Origin: Klebsormidium nitens
Taxonomy: Eukaryota > Plantae > Klebsormidiophyceae
Direction: 5' to 3'
Assembly (NCBI GenBank): GCA_000708835.1
Contig: DF237090.1
Span: forward strand, 93,936-157,935
DNA length: 64,000 nt
Both the position numbers and the translations under genes were made by a program. Numbering within the stretch: the stretch's first letter is position 1; every line of letters begins with the position of its first letter. This document shows positions 10,846 through 39,195 of the stretch, in pieces. Below the pieces are notes generated by a model. The model was given only the letters and a program-made list of their open reading frames with translations. It made no database searches and was not told the DNA's origin.

Positions 10846-13300
10846 CTTTCTGTCTGTCCATCCTGGCATCCTGCCGCAAGTCCAGACGCTCCCAATCACC
10901 TCCTGACGAACGACTGCACAACGGCCAACTATGAGTACAACACATATGACGGCCCTGGAAGTTTTTTTTACTACACGGGCATTCCAGACAGTTACTGCGA
11001 TGGGAAGGGTGTGCTTCTTGTTGCCACCCAAAGCTTGTTCCGATTTGGGGTTTGCGGCGTCACTGGTGCTCCTGCCTGCACCACAGCCATTGCCCCTGTA
11101 AGTCCTACTAGCTCATTGACTTTTTTGCAATCCTCTCCATTCTCTTGCAAGCCTGAGCACCTGAGCATGGTGGGTCTGGCACTACCAGGAAGCTTGGGAG
11201 CTTTAGACCTGACTTGTGAACAACCTTGCTTTACTACCTACAAATGCACAGTGTTCAACCCTAGGACACGTTTCGATGCCACCTTGAATTTTGAGCCTGA
11301 TGCAATGGTAAGTTCAGAATGTAAGGCTGGACCATGCTGGCTACATTCTTCTGCATTGGCCCAATCTCCGTAGACAATATTCATGATGCTTTAGCATCCT
11401 TTCAGAGGGCCTCCAATCATGGTTTCCCGCGCCCATGCACTCCCTTTCTGTGTGCAGTATTCCACAAAGACTGACGCGTGCAAGGCCAAAGGCAATGGTG
11501 CGACAAAATGCCTGAACTCCTTGAGAGTACTCTACAACAACTACGATCTGGACTGCGACCTCGTCGTTGTGTGCGAGTATTTTGACGGCCCTGCCACCAC
11601 TGTCAATACGGCAACTCCTGGCACTCCCCCTGCTGCGATTACGCCGACAGCTGTCCTTCCGCCCTCCCCTTCTCTGCTGCCAAAGGCTGGTGACCTTGTC
11701 CTTTCATCAGCATATGCTGTTGGGGCTGTGCAATATACTTGCAACAGAGGTGAGAAGCCGTTGTGTCAGTCATTGTGGCGAGCGCTGTGCATTATGAATC
11801 TTAGGACGTGGCCGCCCATGTAATAAGCAACTTTAGCGGACCACCAGGCCCTGACAGGTTGCAATTCTGGCATGTATTTCTATTCCAATGCAGGCAGCTC
11901 ATACGTATTTTTTTGCCACTGATCAAACAATGCAATGCATTTGTATGAGGGACACCAGAAACGACGGGCCACCTGATCAGGCTGTGAAGAAGTCCCTCAC
12001 GCACCTCAGAGATTGCTGAATTTATCCTGCCTGCCGCCGTGCTTTATCCAAATGTCATTCACTCCGTCCAGGTGCATGTAGATATGTTTGCAAGCGACGC
12101 TTGGCCTATGTGCCTTTAATGAAGACTGGGAGACTCCCTGGAGCTTGGAAACCACCTATCATCTCAGCGAATCAAAGGTCTGCAACCTAGAAGGTGTGAA
12201 GGAGAGTGAAAGCGGCTGCTGACGTCGAGATTTTTTATGAACATTGTGTCTTGTTCCACAAGGTTTAAACTTGAACCGATTGGACCATCCTCTGTGTTTC
12301 TTATTCCCCCAGCTTCTGGCTTGTTTGCCAATATTACGGTGATTGCCAACCTATACACGAACCCGCCACAAAACGGTACCATTGGTACTTACTTGAGCGC
12401 AAATGAAATTCAGGTATACAGCCTCACTGATGGAGGCAAAGCACAGATTGGTGCGTCCGATAAAGGGGCATCGTATGCCCAGAATTCGACTGTTCTATCA
12501 GACGGTAAGCGAGCGAAAACTTCACTCCAAGAATCAGATTTTCTCTCGAGACTCAAAGCTTGTTGCTTGCACGTTGCTTGCCGACCCAGAGCTTCGGACA
12601 ATGCATGGGCCTGGTAGGAAAAAGCTTACATGATATCGTATCAAGTTAGTCATACTTTACGTATGAAGAAGCCCAACCAACCTTCACCCGAACTTCGGCG
12701 CTTACTCATGACTTACAAAGTCACTGGGCTTGTTTCCAGGTCGTCGGAATATCCTGTGGGCAGAATTCAACTGCGTGCCAACATCATCAAAACTTTTCTA
12801 CGTTGAGATATTATACTAGGGTCTTTGCTTACTGACATGGACGGGATTATGCGACTGTTATCTCCGGGTTGCAATATAGGAGCAGTAACATCTATCCACG
12901 CAGCTCGTGAACCTCTAGTCCGGTACAAGAACACCTCAAACCTTAAAAGCTCAAACAAGATTAGCTGCGTGTTCTTTCCGTGCCTTTTTTGGTCGGATGC
13001 TCATCGAAAATTGCCAAGGGATATCTCTGGTCTTTCATGGTCGCAGTTTACTCCATCGTTTTGTTACTGTCTACAGGCGGCTATGGTTCATTGAATCGGA
13101 GCTACTCGACAGCCACCGGGAATCTCAGCCTTGCAAACGTCACTTACATTGCCATTACTGGGACTGTGGGCGGTGTCCTCCCAAACAAAGCTGTTTGCAG
13201 CAAGGCGGCTGGCACTTTAGCACTCATCCCATCTTTTCCGTGGACGGTTCCCTATGAAGCAAACGTCACGTTCTACAGCAAGTTTACTCCCCCCGTTTGA
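10846..13300 (+). CDS. Cys-rich N-terminal region + Pro/Thr linker + C-terminal DUF3455-like domain; 5' exon(s) unresolved upstream of 10846
   Basis: Exons from 10846 (LSVCPSW...DSYCDGK...TAIAP|gtaagt), ~11150, 11459 (YSTK...LVLSSAYAVGAVQYTCNR|), 12313 (ASGLF...VYSLTDGG...) and ~13078 (LANVTYIAITGTVGGVLP..C...VPYEANVTFY). The AxGxQxYTC, LxDG, VTYIxxxxTxGGxxP and VPYxAxYxFY motifs match the DUF3455 pattern. Confidence 0.7.
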
Positions 13301-14324
13301 GGTATTGCGGCTTTCAGTCACCACACAGATTGCTCAACGTGTACGATTCTAACGTTGTTTGCATATAAACCCGAAATTTTATGGTTTGAGCTTTAGTAAG
13401 CGTGTGTTTGTTTTGGTAGTTTTGACACTCGTCTAGTTGGTTGATGATAAACCTCGATAGATGGTCAGATGCTCGACTCCTTAGGCGGTAAGTAGCCCTT
13501 CAGATATGATGAACACCGAGCTACGGAATCGCTTGCTTTTGCGCCATGCATCGGCCTTAGTGTCGGGCAAACTTAGTTGGTCCGGTTGCCAGCTTGAAAA
13601 CTTGAAAGGGTAGTGCTCTATGATAATACTCTTAAGTAGTTTTTTCAGAGTATCTTCATCGGGCTATGGCTGCAGTGGGCGCCGGCAACGTGATTACGCG
13701 CGATGTTGTGATTCTCGACTCATCAGCCCGGCGCCTCGCGAGCCTGGCTATTATGATTGACTGCATGAGCAGCCAATTGTCGGCCGCCGGGTATTCACGG
13801 TACGCATCAGTGTAGGCTAAGACTCTTCTCTCGTAGTGCATGAGACATGGGCACACTGACTAACATTTGGCGGCCAGATACTAGGCTTATATATATATGA
13901 AAGAATTACCTTCGCGAAGAGTTGGAGATCGAACCGTCATCGTAAGCCGCCCGGTCATGGCGGCATTGTCAACATGACCAGTATCTTATGGTATGCGTGG
14001 CTTCTGCCGATAGGATCTGAACCGAGAGCTGTCCCGCGATGGACCACACATGGTTAATGCATGTTGTGATACACACGTACCACTATATATATGCAGCTAT
14101 ACCGTCATGTACAACCGATTGCATGCCAGCACATGATGCCCTCCGACCATATAAAGCAATGCCTCCGCATACACCGTTCCGGTCCAAATCGTGTATATGC
14201 ACTGGCATCTACCTTTGAAGTACCTACTAGCTCTGAATGTTATAAAATTCGATCGGATCGTGCCGCTGCCATACAGTTGCCCGGATACTGGATAGAGTCT
14301 GCGCCGCCCCGCGCGCATGTGTCA

Positions 14325-14590
14325 CATGCACGTCAGGAGCGCGTTCAGTACATATGACCAACTACTTCCACGCCCTTCCGGTATTCATGGCGAATCGGAA
14401 CTTGCAGACTGCCACAGTCACCGTCCGTATTCATGACGGCGTCAGACAGTATCGCAGTCTACTTGAAATCGGCAGAAGTGTTGGACTCTCCACAGAGGCA
14501 AGCGGACCCGCTCATTGTTTTATCCGTACAGCTGAATGGTGAAGCCTGCCGGCCGCAAAATTGTGTGTGGCTCAGGATTGGGGCCGGGCC
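14325..14590 (+). repeat. Dispersed ~270-285 bp repeat, copy 2
   Basis: Direct-orientation homologue of 4644-4929; both copies end at ttggggccgggcc. Confidence 0.9.
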
Positions 14591-14884
14591 GGAACTCTGC
14601 AGACGCCAAATTGCAACTGTGCTAACAGAGCCTATATTCAAGCCAACTTGCATCACTTGCAGAGTTGCACACTCAAACCTAGCCTACTCAATCTTCCTGG
14701 AATTTCGGTGCAAGTGATCATGCCAGATCTCATCCTGGAGGTGTTCGGCTCCTCTGACAACCCACCGACTCCAACCAATTCTATGATTCGTCAGGCAGAA
14801 GGAGCTTGGTCGCACGGCCTGTACAGGTCAACTTTACGCTATACAAAACTTGAAAAAAAAACGCTCTGGAAAAAGTACGGGCAG

Positions 14885-17800
14885 TCAGTCAACGTGGTCC
14901 TCCTCCCCGGCCCCTTCCAAAGGGATCCTCAATTTGCTTCCCGGCTTGATGACGTCCGGGTTAAGAGACATGGGCATGTTGGCGGCATATATTTCTGCAA
15001 GTAGAGCCGGAGGGTAGTATCAATCAGCAAGAAAAAGTCTCACCTGTTCGACGACAGTCAGATTGTTCAAGGTCGGAGTAGCGTATGTTCGAACACCAAA
15101 CCGAGAAGCCAGAATGAAGGACGCAAACACGACAACCGTAGGTTGGTAGGATCCAATAGGACCGATAGGAATAATAAGCAATAGCTCCGGTGTGTTAGAG
15201 ATGCATCCTCTAACAACTGCGCATTCAGCGAAGCAGGTCCAAGCGTACAATGTCTGAATTCTCGGTGTGTCACAAACGTTCAGACCAGGCGGTTATGATG
15301 GGCATCGTACGGAGTAGAGACGCGCACCTCTCCACTTCCCCGGGTCGCCTGTCAGCTCCTTGCTTATCTTTATGAGGGAGTCTCCGTCCTTAACGCGCGT
15401 CTCGACGTCCAAGTTCGGTTCCAGAAGCGAAAAAGTCCCTGCAGGCACGCGCAGGTGTCGGTTAAGCACTCATCATGGTGCTCGTTCGTAACTTGACGCA
15501 GCGTAAACAGTGTTCCTCTGATCAAATATCTACAAAAACTTCACGAGAGGACGGGCTCAGCTCCGCAAGTTGGTCGGTGCAACAATGTGGGTGATGCTCC
15601 AACAACGTCTGAGTTTTGGGTTCTACTTTGTCCAACCAGGATAAAGGCATGTACAATTTTGTAACTAGAGCAATGGTCTGAACGGACTCAACGGGAAACA
15701 TGCGTTCCTTGGATACTTGGCAAAGCTAAGCAGTCCAACAGGCGCTTTTAGAATCATGCACATACGTCAGCTGAGAGGGTGACTGTGTACGAGACACCAC
15801 CTCCTTCTGCTTCTTATGACCCTGTTCTTGCTTTCAAAACGAACTCAAAACAAGGGCCCAGGAGCGGAAGGCACCTCACAGGCTGCCTATCGGGCGGCGT
15901 GCTGGTGCCCCGCCCCTCCGCCGCCAGCCGCTTGGCCTCCTTGACGCACGCCGCGTCGAGCTCGGCGCCCACGTACAGCTTGCGCGGGTCGTCGCCCAGG
16001 TCGCGTGCGCACGCTTTGTACAGGTCTGCAGCAAAAGGGAACTTTTTCTGACGACTGATGAGTCGCAAGCGTACTATACGCCCCAAGGACTCCTAGGGCG
16101 TTTAATGACAATTGAGCATGAAAACCAAAGGACCAGCCAATACCAACGAAAGGGCTCAGAATGAGGGTAAGTCTTTACCACGCAACTAGACCCGGATGCC
16201 AGTCAGATGTGACGGTTCAGATTATGGCCCGTCACAGCCGAACCAGTCTCACCATTTAACAGCAGATAGCTGAATGCAAGTCAATCCAAGGTGCACAGAT
16301 TCCGAAAGGCTGTTCGCATACTGCTTCACTTCGTCTCATCGTTTCCTTTTAGTCCCCACTAAAACCTTCACTAGACGCATGCAACCTCGCATGCTACATC
16401 AACATACAGAAGCGGCACACCCTCTGTCGCTTAGTTGTGGGACTGGAAACACAAGTAACGCCCACTGCCTTCTGAAGTCAGCGAGCGTGACAAAAGCTCT
16501 CACACTGCCAGTCCTCCCCCCTCCCAAGCACCCGCGTACTGAGCGACCACATGGTGTCCCCCGCGTGCACCGTCGCCACTGCGGCAGCGCTGATCTCCTT
16601 GCCCGCGTGCCCCGGCAGCTCCGGAGACTGGTGACTACTAGACGGGTCCTTGCCTTCCTCGATCAGGTGCTCTAGTGGAACGAGAGAGAATTTGTGTTTG
16701 GAGATGTGGCGTCAGAAATGTTTCAATAAAAGGGTGAGAGGGGACTTCAGCGGTGCATACCAACGCGATGATGTTTCTGTGTACGAAACGAGATTGTGAA
16801 GGGCATGGAAAGAATTTCTCAATTTGTGGAGTTTAAGATCGACTGGCCTCTCTATATTTCGCGTCAGTGTCCCATTTGATTGGCCTGCAAGGATTTTTCA
16901 CTGCCCTTACGACCAGACTGGGTCCCAATCCGAACAGCACAAAACCCGCCGCCCAACAACCAATTCTGCTGCCCCTCACCCATGGCCAGGTGTCGCTCCA
17001 CCACCCCCGCATCTTCCTTGGCCACCTTGATGCCCTCTACGGTGGTCGTCTTCTTCCCCCCCTTCTTGCCCCCTCCACCGTCGTCATACCCGTGGCCACG
17101 ATACTTGGGCGCCTCAGGCCCCATGTTTTTGCCCCTCACCCCCCGCCTGGTCTGGCGCCTCACAGCTAGCGCAATCAGGCTGGCGCCCACAATGACGCCA
17201 GCCGTCGCCAAGTACTTGAGAAGACCGTGACCGTCGGGCGTGCCATTCTGAGACCCCCCTGGGACTGGCAGCTCGCGCACTTTCTGCAGGAGAGGAGAAC
17301 GGATGGTCGGGCGAGGAAACGAGCGGCGGCCTTGATCTGAAGCCCAAAGACGTTATCGAGCAAGCCATGGGCTTCGCCACAAATCAGGGTCAGGACCCAA
17401 GGAATCATTACATTTGGTGGTTCACTGATTCTTTTCTTTGAAGGGGAGGGGGCATTTGCTTCTTTTGACCCCTTTCCAAGGGGCTCAGGCAGCTTTTTCT
17501 GGTGGGCAAGCGATGGTCATACATCCAAATCTCGTATTAGAAAAAGGGGGGGAAAAAAGGGAGAAGAGACCTGTCAAACCAGAAAGATGATATGCCCAAC
17601 TGATAAACGCTACCCCAAGGACTCAAACAAGTTTCGCTTCTCCCTCCCTCCCAACGAAAACGTGCTTGCTAAAGTAGCGTCATTTTAGACGAGGTGGAAA
17701 ACCATTCAGGACTACCAGTGACTCCTAGTTACTGGGGAAAGAAAGATACAACTGGTTTCAATTGGCTCCAGTCTATCCTCACTGTATTAGTCCACCTAGT

Positions 17801-18580
17801 TGAGGAAAAACGTCCTGCGGGCACTTGCCTCTTGCTCTGTCTTATAGAAGGTGGGGCTATCTATTGTAAGCTGCTCGCCCTTGTTGCTCAGCTTGCGGTC
17901 CAGCCTGGGCACATTGAGCAAGGGCACATTGGGGCGGTCTTGCATGGCCACGCTGGGGACCTGCACTCAAAGGCCTCCACGCTTTGACTTCTTCGAAAGT
18001 AACAAACTTGGTTGTCGTTGATTGTTGCGTTATATGGCTCAAGTGTTCCAGACCGGCAGCACATTGGTATACGGTTCAAAGCAGACACCACGAATAGATT
18101 GACACTTTCGAAGTGTTTGGCGTTCATTGGTCAAAACAAGCCAGGAAGCATTCAAGCAAGATCGTAAAATGTTGCGTGCAGAGCAAGATATCAAACAAGT
18201 GGCATACTCGCCTCAGGAAGAACAGGGATAATAGCCAATTAAGACTTGGATGAATGGACGAGAGGAAGTTGTAATCTGTGCCCTTTTAAGCAGACATTGC
18301 CAATGTTTCTGTGCCTGGTTCGAATGTTTGACGCCCAAGGATTGTAAACTTTTTCCTGGCTACACCATTGCGCTGGGTTGTACGGAAAAGCCAACAATTA
18401 CACCTAAAAGAACCCAAAAGCCATGACAGCAATTGTTCCACCACTGCAGCATTCAAATATACCAGCTAGCGAGCTCTTTCTCACCTGCTTCTTGCCCACG
18501 GTGCCGTCGATTGCATTGGGTGCCCCGTTGTTGGACGTAGAGTCGCCGTCGCCAGGCTGTCGGGGGCCAGGATCCACCAT
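14885..18580 (-). CDS. Single-pass membrane protein with two C-terminal LysM domains
   Basis: Phase-consistent exons 18580-18485, 17960-17829, 17498-17412, 17283-16980 (TM LLKYLATAGVIVGASLIALAV), 16671-16504, 16025-~15861, a tentative small exon near 15545-15610, ~15439-15329 and ~14996-14885. LysM1 TVHAGDTMWSLSTRVLGRGEDWQYLYKACARDLGDDPRKLYVGAEL; LysM2 RVKDGDSLIKISKELTGDPGKWREIYAANMPMSLNPDVIKPGSKLRIP. Confidence 0.8.
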
Positions 18581-18855
18581 TGCTAGAACAGCCCTGCTGG
18601 CTCCCTAGATGTCACCAATTGCACCAATTGCGTGGCAGGAGCAAGGCGGACCAATGCAATGGCGGCCACAGGGCGCGGGTTTGCACTCGTAGGTCAGCAA
18701 AATCTTGCAAGCAGCACTGAGGCGCTCATCCGACTTTAACCCTCTAGGCATTGGTCAAGTGACGGCATAATGTATAACCCAGTTCTGATGTCATTGTCGC
18801 GCACTCCGGACCCAAGCTCTAGAGCAGAGATACCGTAGTGTGCTGTGAGAATGGC

Positions 18856-18952
18856 GATGCCCCGCGCATCCTAGAGGTAGTCACTACCTCACGGCACTAC
18901 CGTAGTGCCGTGAAAGGTTGGCTTAGGAGCCCAAGGTTGGGTTAGGAGCCCA
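18856..18952. repeat. Cluster of three adjacent hairpins followed by a short direct repeat
   Basis: GATGC-N5-GCATC; GAGGTAGT-C-ACTACCTC; CACGGCACTAC-C-GTAGTGCCGTG; then ttaggagcccaa twice. Confidence 0.8.
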
Positions 18953-19810
18953 AACCATATATTTTAGGGTTCTTCTCTTTTGTGCTGCACGTGCAGCCAA
19001 ACTCGCCAAAGGTGACGGCAGTGGGCATCCTTGCCTGCGCCATGGCAGGGTAGAACGTTCATCCTTCGCGGCAGCGATGGTTCTGATGGTTGGCCCATCA
19101 GCAATGGCATGGGGAGAGACGAAAGGTGCTTGCCGTTGAGGCTGCACATCAGCATTTCAAAAAGACATCTGCGTTGTTGCGTAGCATTGATTGCCGATCG
19201 GTCCATTGGGTGGAATTGAGAGCTAAACTCCTAGTCGACGCCCAATCATTGTGGTATCAAGCAGGGGTGTCAAGCTGAGTTGCTGACATTGTTGTGAAGG
19301 CCCAATCGAGGTTCAGGAGGTGAGTGACACAGTGCTGTCTGCCCCTCCTCTGCTTGCTGTCTGAGTTTGTGTTGGGGCAGGTTGTGCGCAACAATCGAAC
19401 ACAAGCCCACCACCGGAAATAGTGATTGATTTCTTCTCAGTGGACCTGTCTCTCGTATTGACGTCTGCACAATAAACCCTCAATTAACCATGTGAACTGG
19501 TCCAATTGCGCAGAATGGGTTTGACAAGATATCCACTGAATACAGGAACCCTAAACAACTCCTCTCATAGCTTGCTTGCTCTACGCCAGGGCACTAGATA
19601 GTGTTAGCATGCCTTTTCAGTAGTTCTGCAATGCAGTTTGGATGTGTCCAGTTGGGCTCCAAAGTGGGCCAAGGGCACAAGAATGATCTTGCACGTTTGC
19701 AGCCCATTTTGTGCGGTCAAAGGTTTAGCTATCCAATTTGTGCAACTGTTGACCATGAGAGTTTAGTTCATGATGTGTCTTTGTTTGCAAAGCTCTTCAC
19801 TTGACTCCAG

Positions 19811-19874
19811 GAGCTGACTCGACTGTGGCTTCAAGCAATCAAGAGCTGACTCGACCGTGGCTTCAAGCAATCAA
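19811..19874. repeat. 32-bp tandem duplication
   Basis: gagctgactcgac(t/c)gtggcttcaagcaatcaa twice. Confidence 0.9.
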
Positions 19875-20079
19875 CCAACCAAGTGGCAGCTCTGGAAGAC
19901 AAAGTGAACTGTTCATTGAAAAAATGCAATCCTTTCTCACCCATTTAGACTACTCTATCCTGAGACCCTCAATTCTGGTTTTCAGTAGTCTGCGGCATAA
20001 CGCTGGCCGCAAAAGTAGGCTGAAGAATACCACTTTGATGCATCGATAGGTGCATGTCTCCTGTCTGAGAGCCGCAGAC

Positions 20080-36786
<16,707 letters not shown>

Positions 36787-37199
36787 CCGGAGGCGGGAGC
36801 CCTCAAACTTAACGGTTTAGAAGCCGGACTGCAGAACTAGGAGTGTACAGTACATAGATTAACGGTGGGACCTATAGTCTGCGTTATCGAATCAATGTTC
36901 GGACCTTTGTACCTGTTACGGAAGTTACGATGTGTTTGGCGATGGCAAAGGGCGGAAATCTTACTAGTCATTAGCTTACGGCCGCACATGCACCTGCGCA
37001 TGATCATCACACAACAGCTCTGGCATTGAACTGGCTACAGGGCCAATAGTAACGGTGTACAACCGTTCTTGAAATGCCCTAGTTGTACACTAACCACAGA
37101 CTCTAAACTGGTTGTACTCATCAACATGCATGATTTTCCAAGAGTTTCAACGTTATATTCTATGCACGGGAGCAAAAAGCGTGATTGCAGCTTGGGCTT

Positions 37200-38220
37200 T
37201 CAAGTCTAGGATGAAACTTACTACGACTACCTTCGTGGCCACCCAGTCCACCAGACTCCTCCAGGCAGCCTCCATCATCTCGCACCGCTTCCACTGCATC
37301 GGCTCCTCATCAGGCACCACCAATGCAGATTATCTTGGCGTAGTTTGGAAAGGGAGGCCAAGGAATAAGGTAGAGAGCATTGGGCACGACATGATCATTT
37401 TAAGGCTAGGCCAACAGAGGGTGTCTCGGCCACAATCCCATGTCTGCTGGCATTGCTTCCAAAATATTATGCATTTGGCCATTCTTGTGTTTTGCAGCTC
37501 CGTATAAAGGTAGAATTCTGACCACGCAAGGCGTAGGAAGCGAGTGACCGATTTATCTCATGTCAAAAAGCTGCGCTTTCATCAATATTTGTGTACCAAG
37601 GGACTGCATTATGTACAGGCAACCTTACTCTGCTGCTCCGCGACTCCTATCCTTTTCTTAAGACTTCTTCCAAACGATCATGGTAATAGTCTATGGTCTC
37701 CTTCCGTCTCAATTCGTACATCTCTGGGATAGTGCAACTCCAGCGTGGGATAACACATTTGTCAACGAAGTAGAGCATGGACTCTAAGCTGAAACTATAC
37801 CACCCACTATCTTGTGCAACTGGAACCCCCCCGTGTTGCTCTCCGTCATCCTCAAGGCTGGTAGCTGCCGCATAGAGCGCCTGGTTTGTATGCCAAAATT
37901 CCATTGACCCATGTAACGGCACCGATGCTCCCTCCATCATATCCCACAACTTCAGTGCGAGCCTGAGCCGGTCTTTCCTTTGAAGATCTCCTCTTGCCTT
38001 GGATACAAACAACTCCTGAATGTTGTCATATGATGTTGTCGATAGTATTAGAAGTCTAAGCATCTTACAAGACATCCCATTTGCCTTGCCATCCCACCCA
38101 TGCCTCCTTGCCATCAGCCTACAGTGCAAGGACCCCGCCTCGGTCAACACCATTAATCCGGCCTGCTGACAGAGGTCAGCACTCATTCCTCCATAGTCGT
38201 TGTCTGAACACAAGCTGCAA
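37200..38220 (-). pseudogene. Degenerate coding-like segment (188-aa ORF plus stop-interrupted continuation), family unknown
   Basis: ORF 37647-38213 is preceded by acceptor-like gttgcag; the downstream minus strand gives protein-like fragments (LVVPDEEPMQWKRCEMMEAAWRSLVDWVATK) broken by stops; lower GC than neighbouring exons. Confidence 0.3.
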
Positions 38221-39195
38221 CAGCTTACATTGGTAAATGCTGAAAAGAACTATGTTAAAAGAACTAGAAGGTGAAAACAATTGGAGTAGACATCTTGTAA
38301 GTGTTGCAAAGAGAGCAAATATTGGCCCGGCAGATGTGGACAGACACCCGGAAAACTCTATGGGCCTAAGGCTGCACCAAAGTACAACCCGATGCAAGAT
38401 GTGGCTTTCAAAGGTTCAGGAAGGCACTACAAGCCTACTCCATTTCAACCCTCTGAGATGAGAGCAGAATCTTAGACTCGAAGCTGGAGGGGTAAAGCTA
38501 CTAAAGCACGTGCTTCCTCTGCTTCTTCTGTCACTCTTGTTAGGAGCGCCTGGAGAGTGTTAGAAACTTGAAGCACCGCATGGCTCAGCTTTAACGTCCG
38601 GTCGGCCTGTGCAGAGTGTATGCCTAAGGCTCTGTTCAGAGTGTACCGGTATGCCTAAAGGTTGACAACGTGTATGAACGTTTGCTTGATCGATGCTCGC
38701 GCGCCAAGAGCTGATCCATGATTGGGCCCCGCAGCACTGGCTTTTGCACAATTGTAATCATAGGCGCGCAGAAGTCCACGTGCCTGGCCGGCCGGCCGGC
38801 ATCAGTCCAGCTTTCATGTGCGTGCTCGAGTCCGCTCTTCGTATCAGATTGATGCGTGTGTTCGAGATTTTTTGAGTACCCAACATTAGAATACCTTCAC
38901 CTGAAGAGCAGCACAACATTGACAATCTGCGGGTTCAGGAGACAGCTCTTTTCATCAACATCGATCTCGGACCGTCATTTGCTCATTGCCCTGTAGCAGA
39001 ACGGAATGATCGGATGCGACAGCTTTCATAAAATGCGCAGATGCATATGCTGCGGTAATCCACTGCCGACTACACCTCCCGCTCTTCGCCAGCGCCAAAC
39101 GAATTGTCCGTTCACGTTATCGGAACAAGGTCTTCGCATCCATCACGAGCCCAATCTTCTACGTTTGCTGAATTCTTTCCAGGGCTTTAGCTACT

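Noticed and set aside
13505-13620. Box C-like ATGATGA (snoRNA?)
   Set aside because: No box D (CTGA) or terminal stem at a suitable distance.
13900-14030. B-box-like GGTTCGATCTCC on the minus strand (tRNA or SINE?)
   Set aside because: No A-box, cloverleaf or acceptor stem could be built.
17114-17380. ORF MACSITSLGFRSRPP... as a plastid transit peptide for the LysM gene
   Set aside because: Out of frame with the TM/LysM exons and overlaps a strong acceptor (ctcctctcctgcag) at 17284; the upstream exon chain fits the phases better.
18960-18970. TTTTAGGG telomere-like motif
   Set aside because: Single copy; not an interstitial telomeric array.
19811-19874. Short tandem repeats (also 4449-4510 and 45516-45562) as CRISPR-like arrays
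   Set aside because: Two adjacent units without unique spacers, eukaryotic context, no cas genes.
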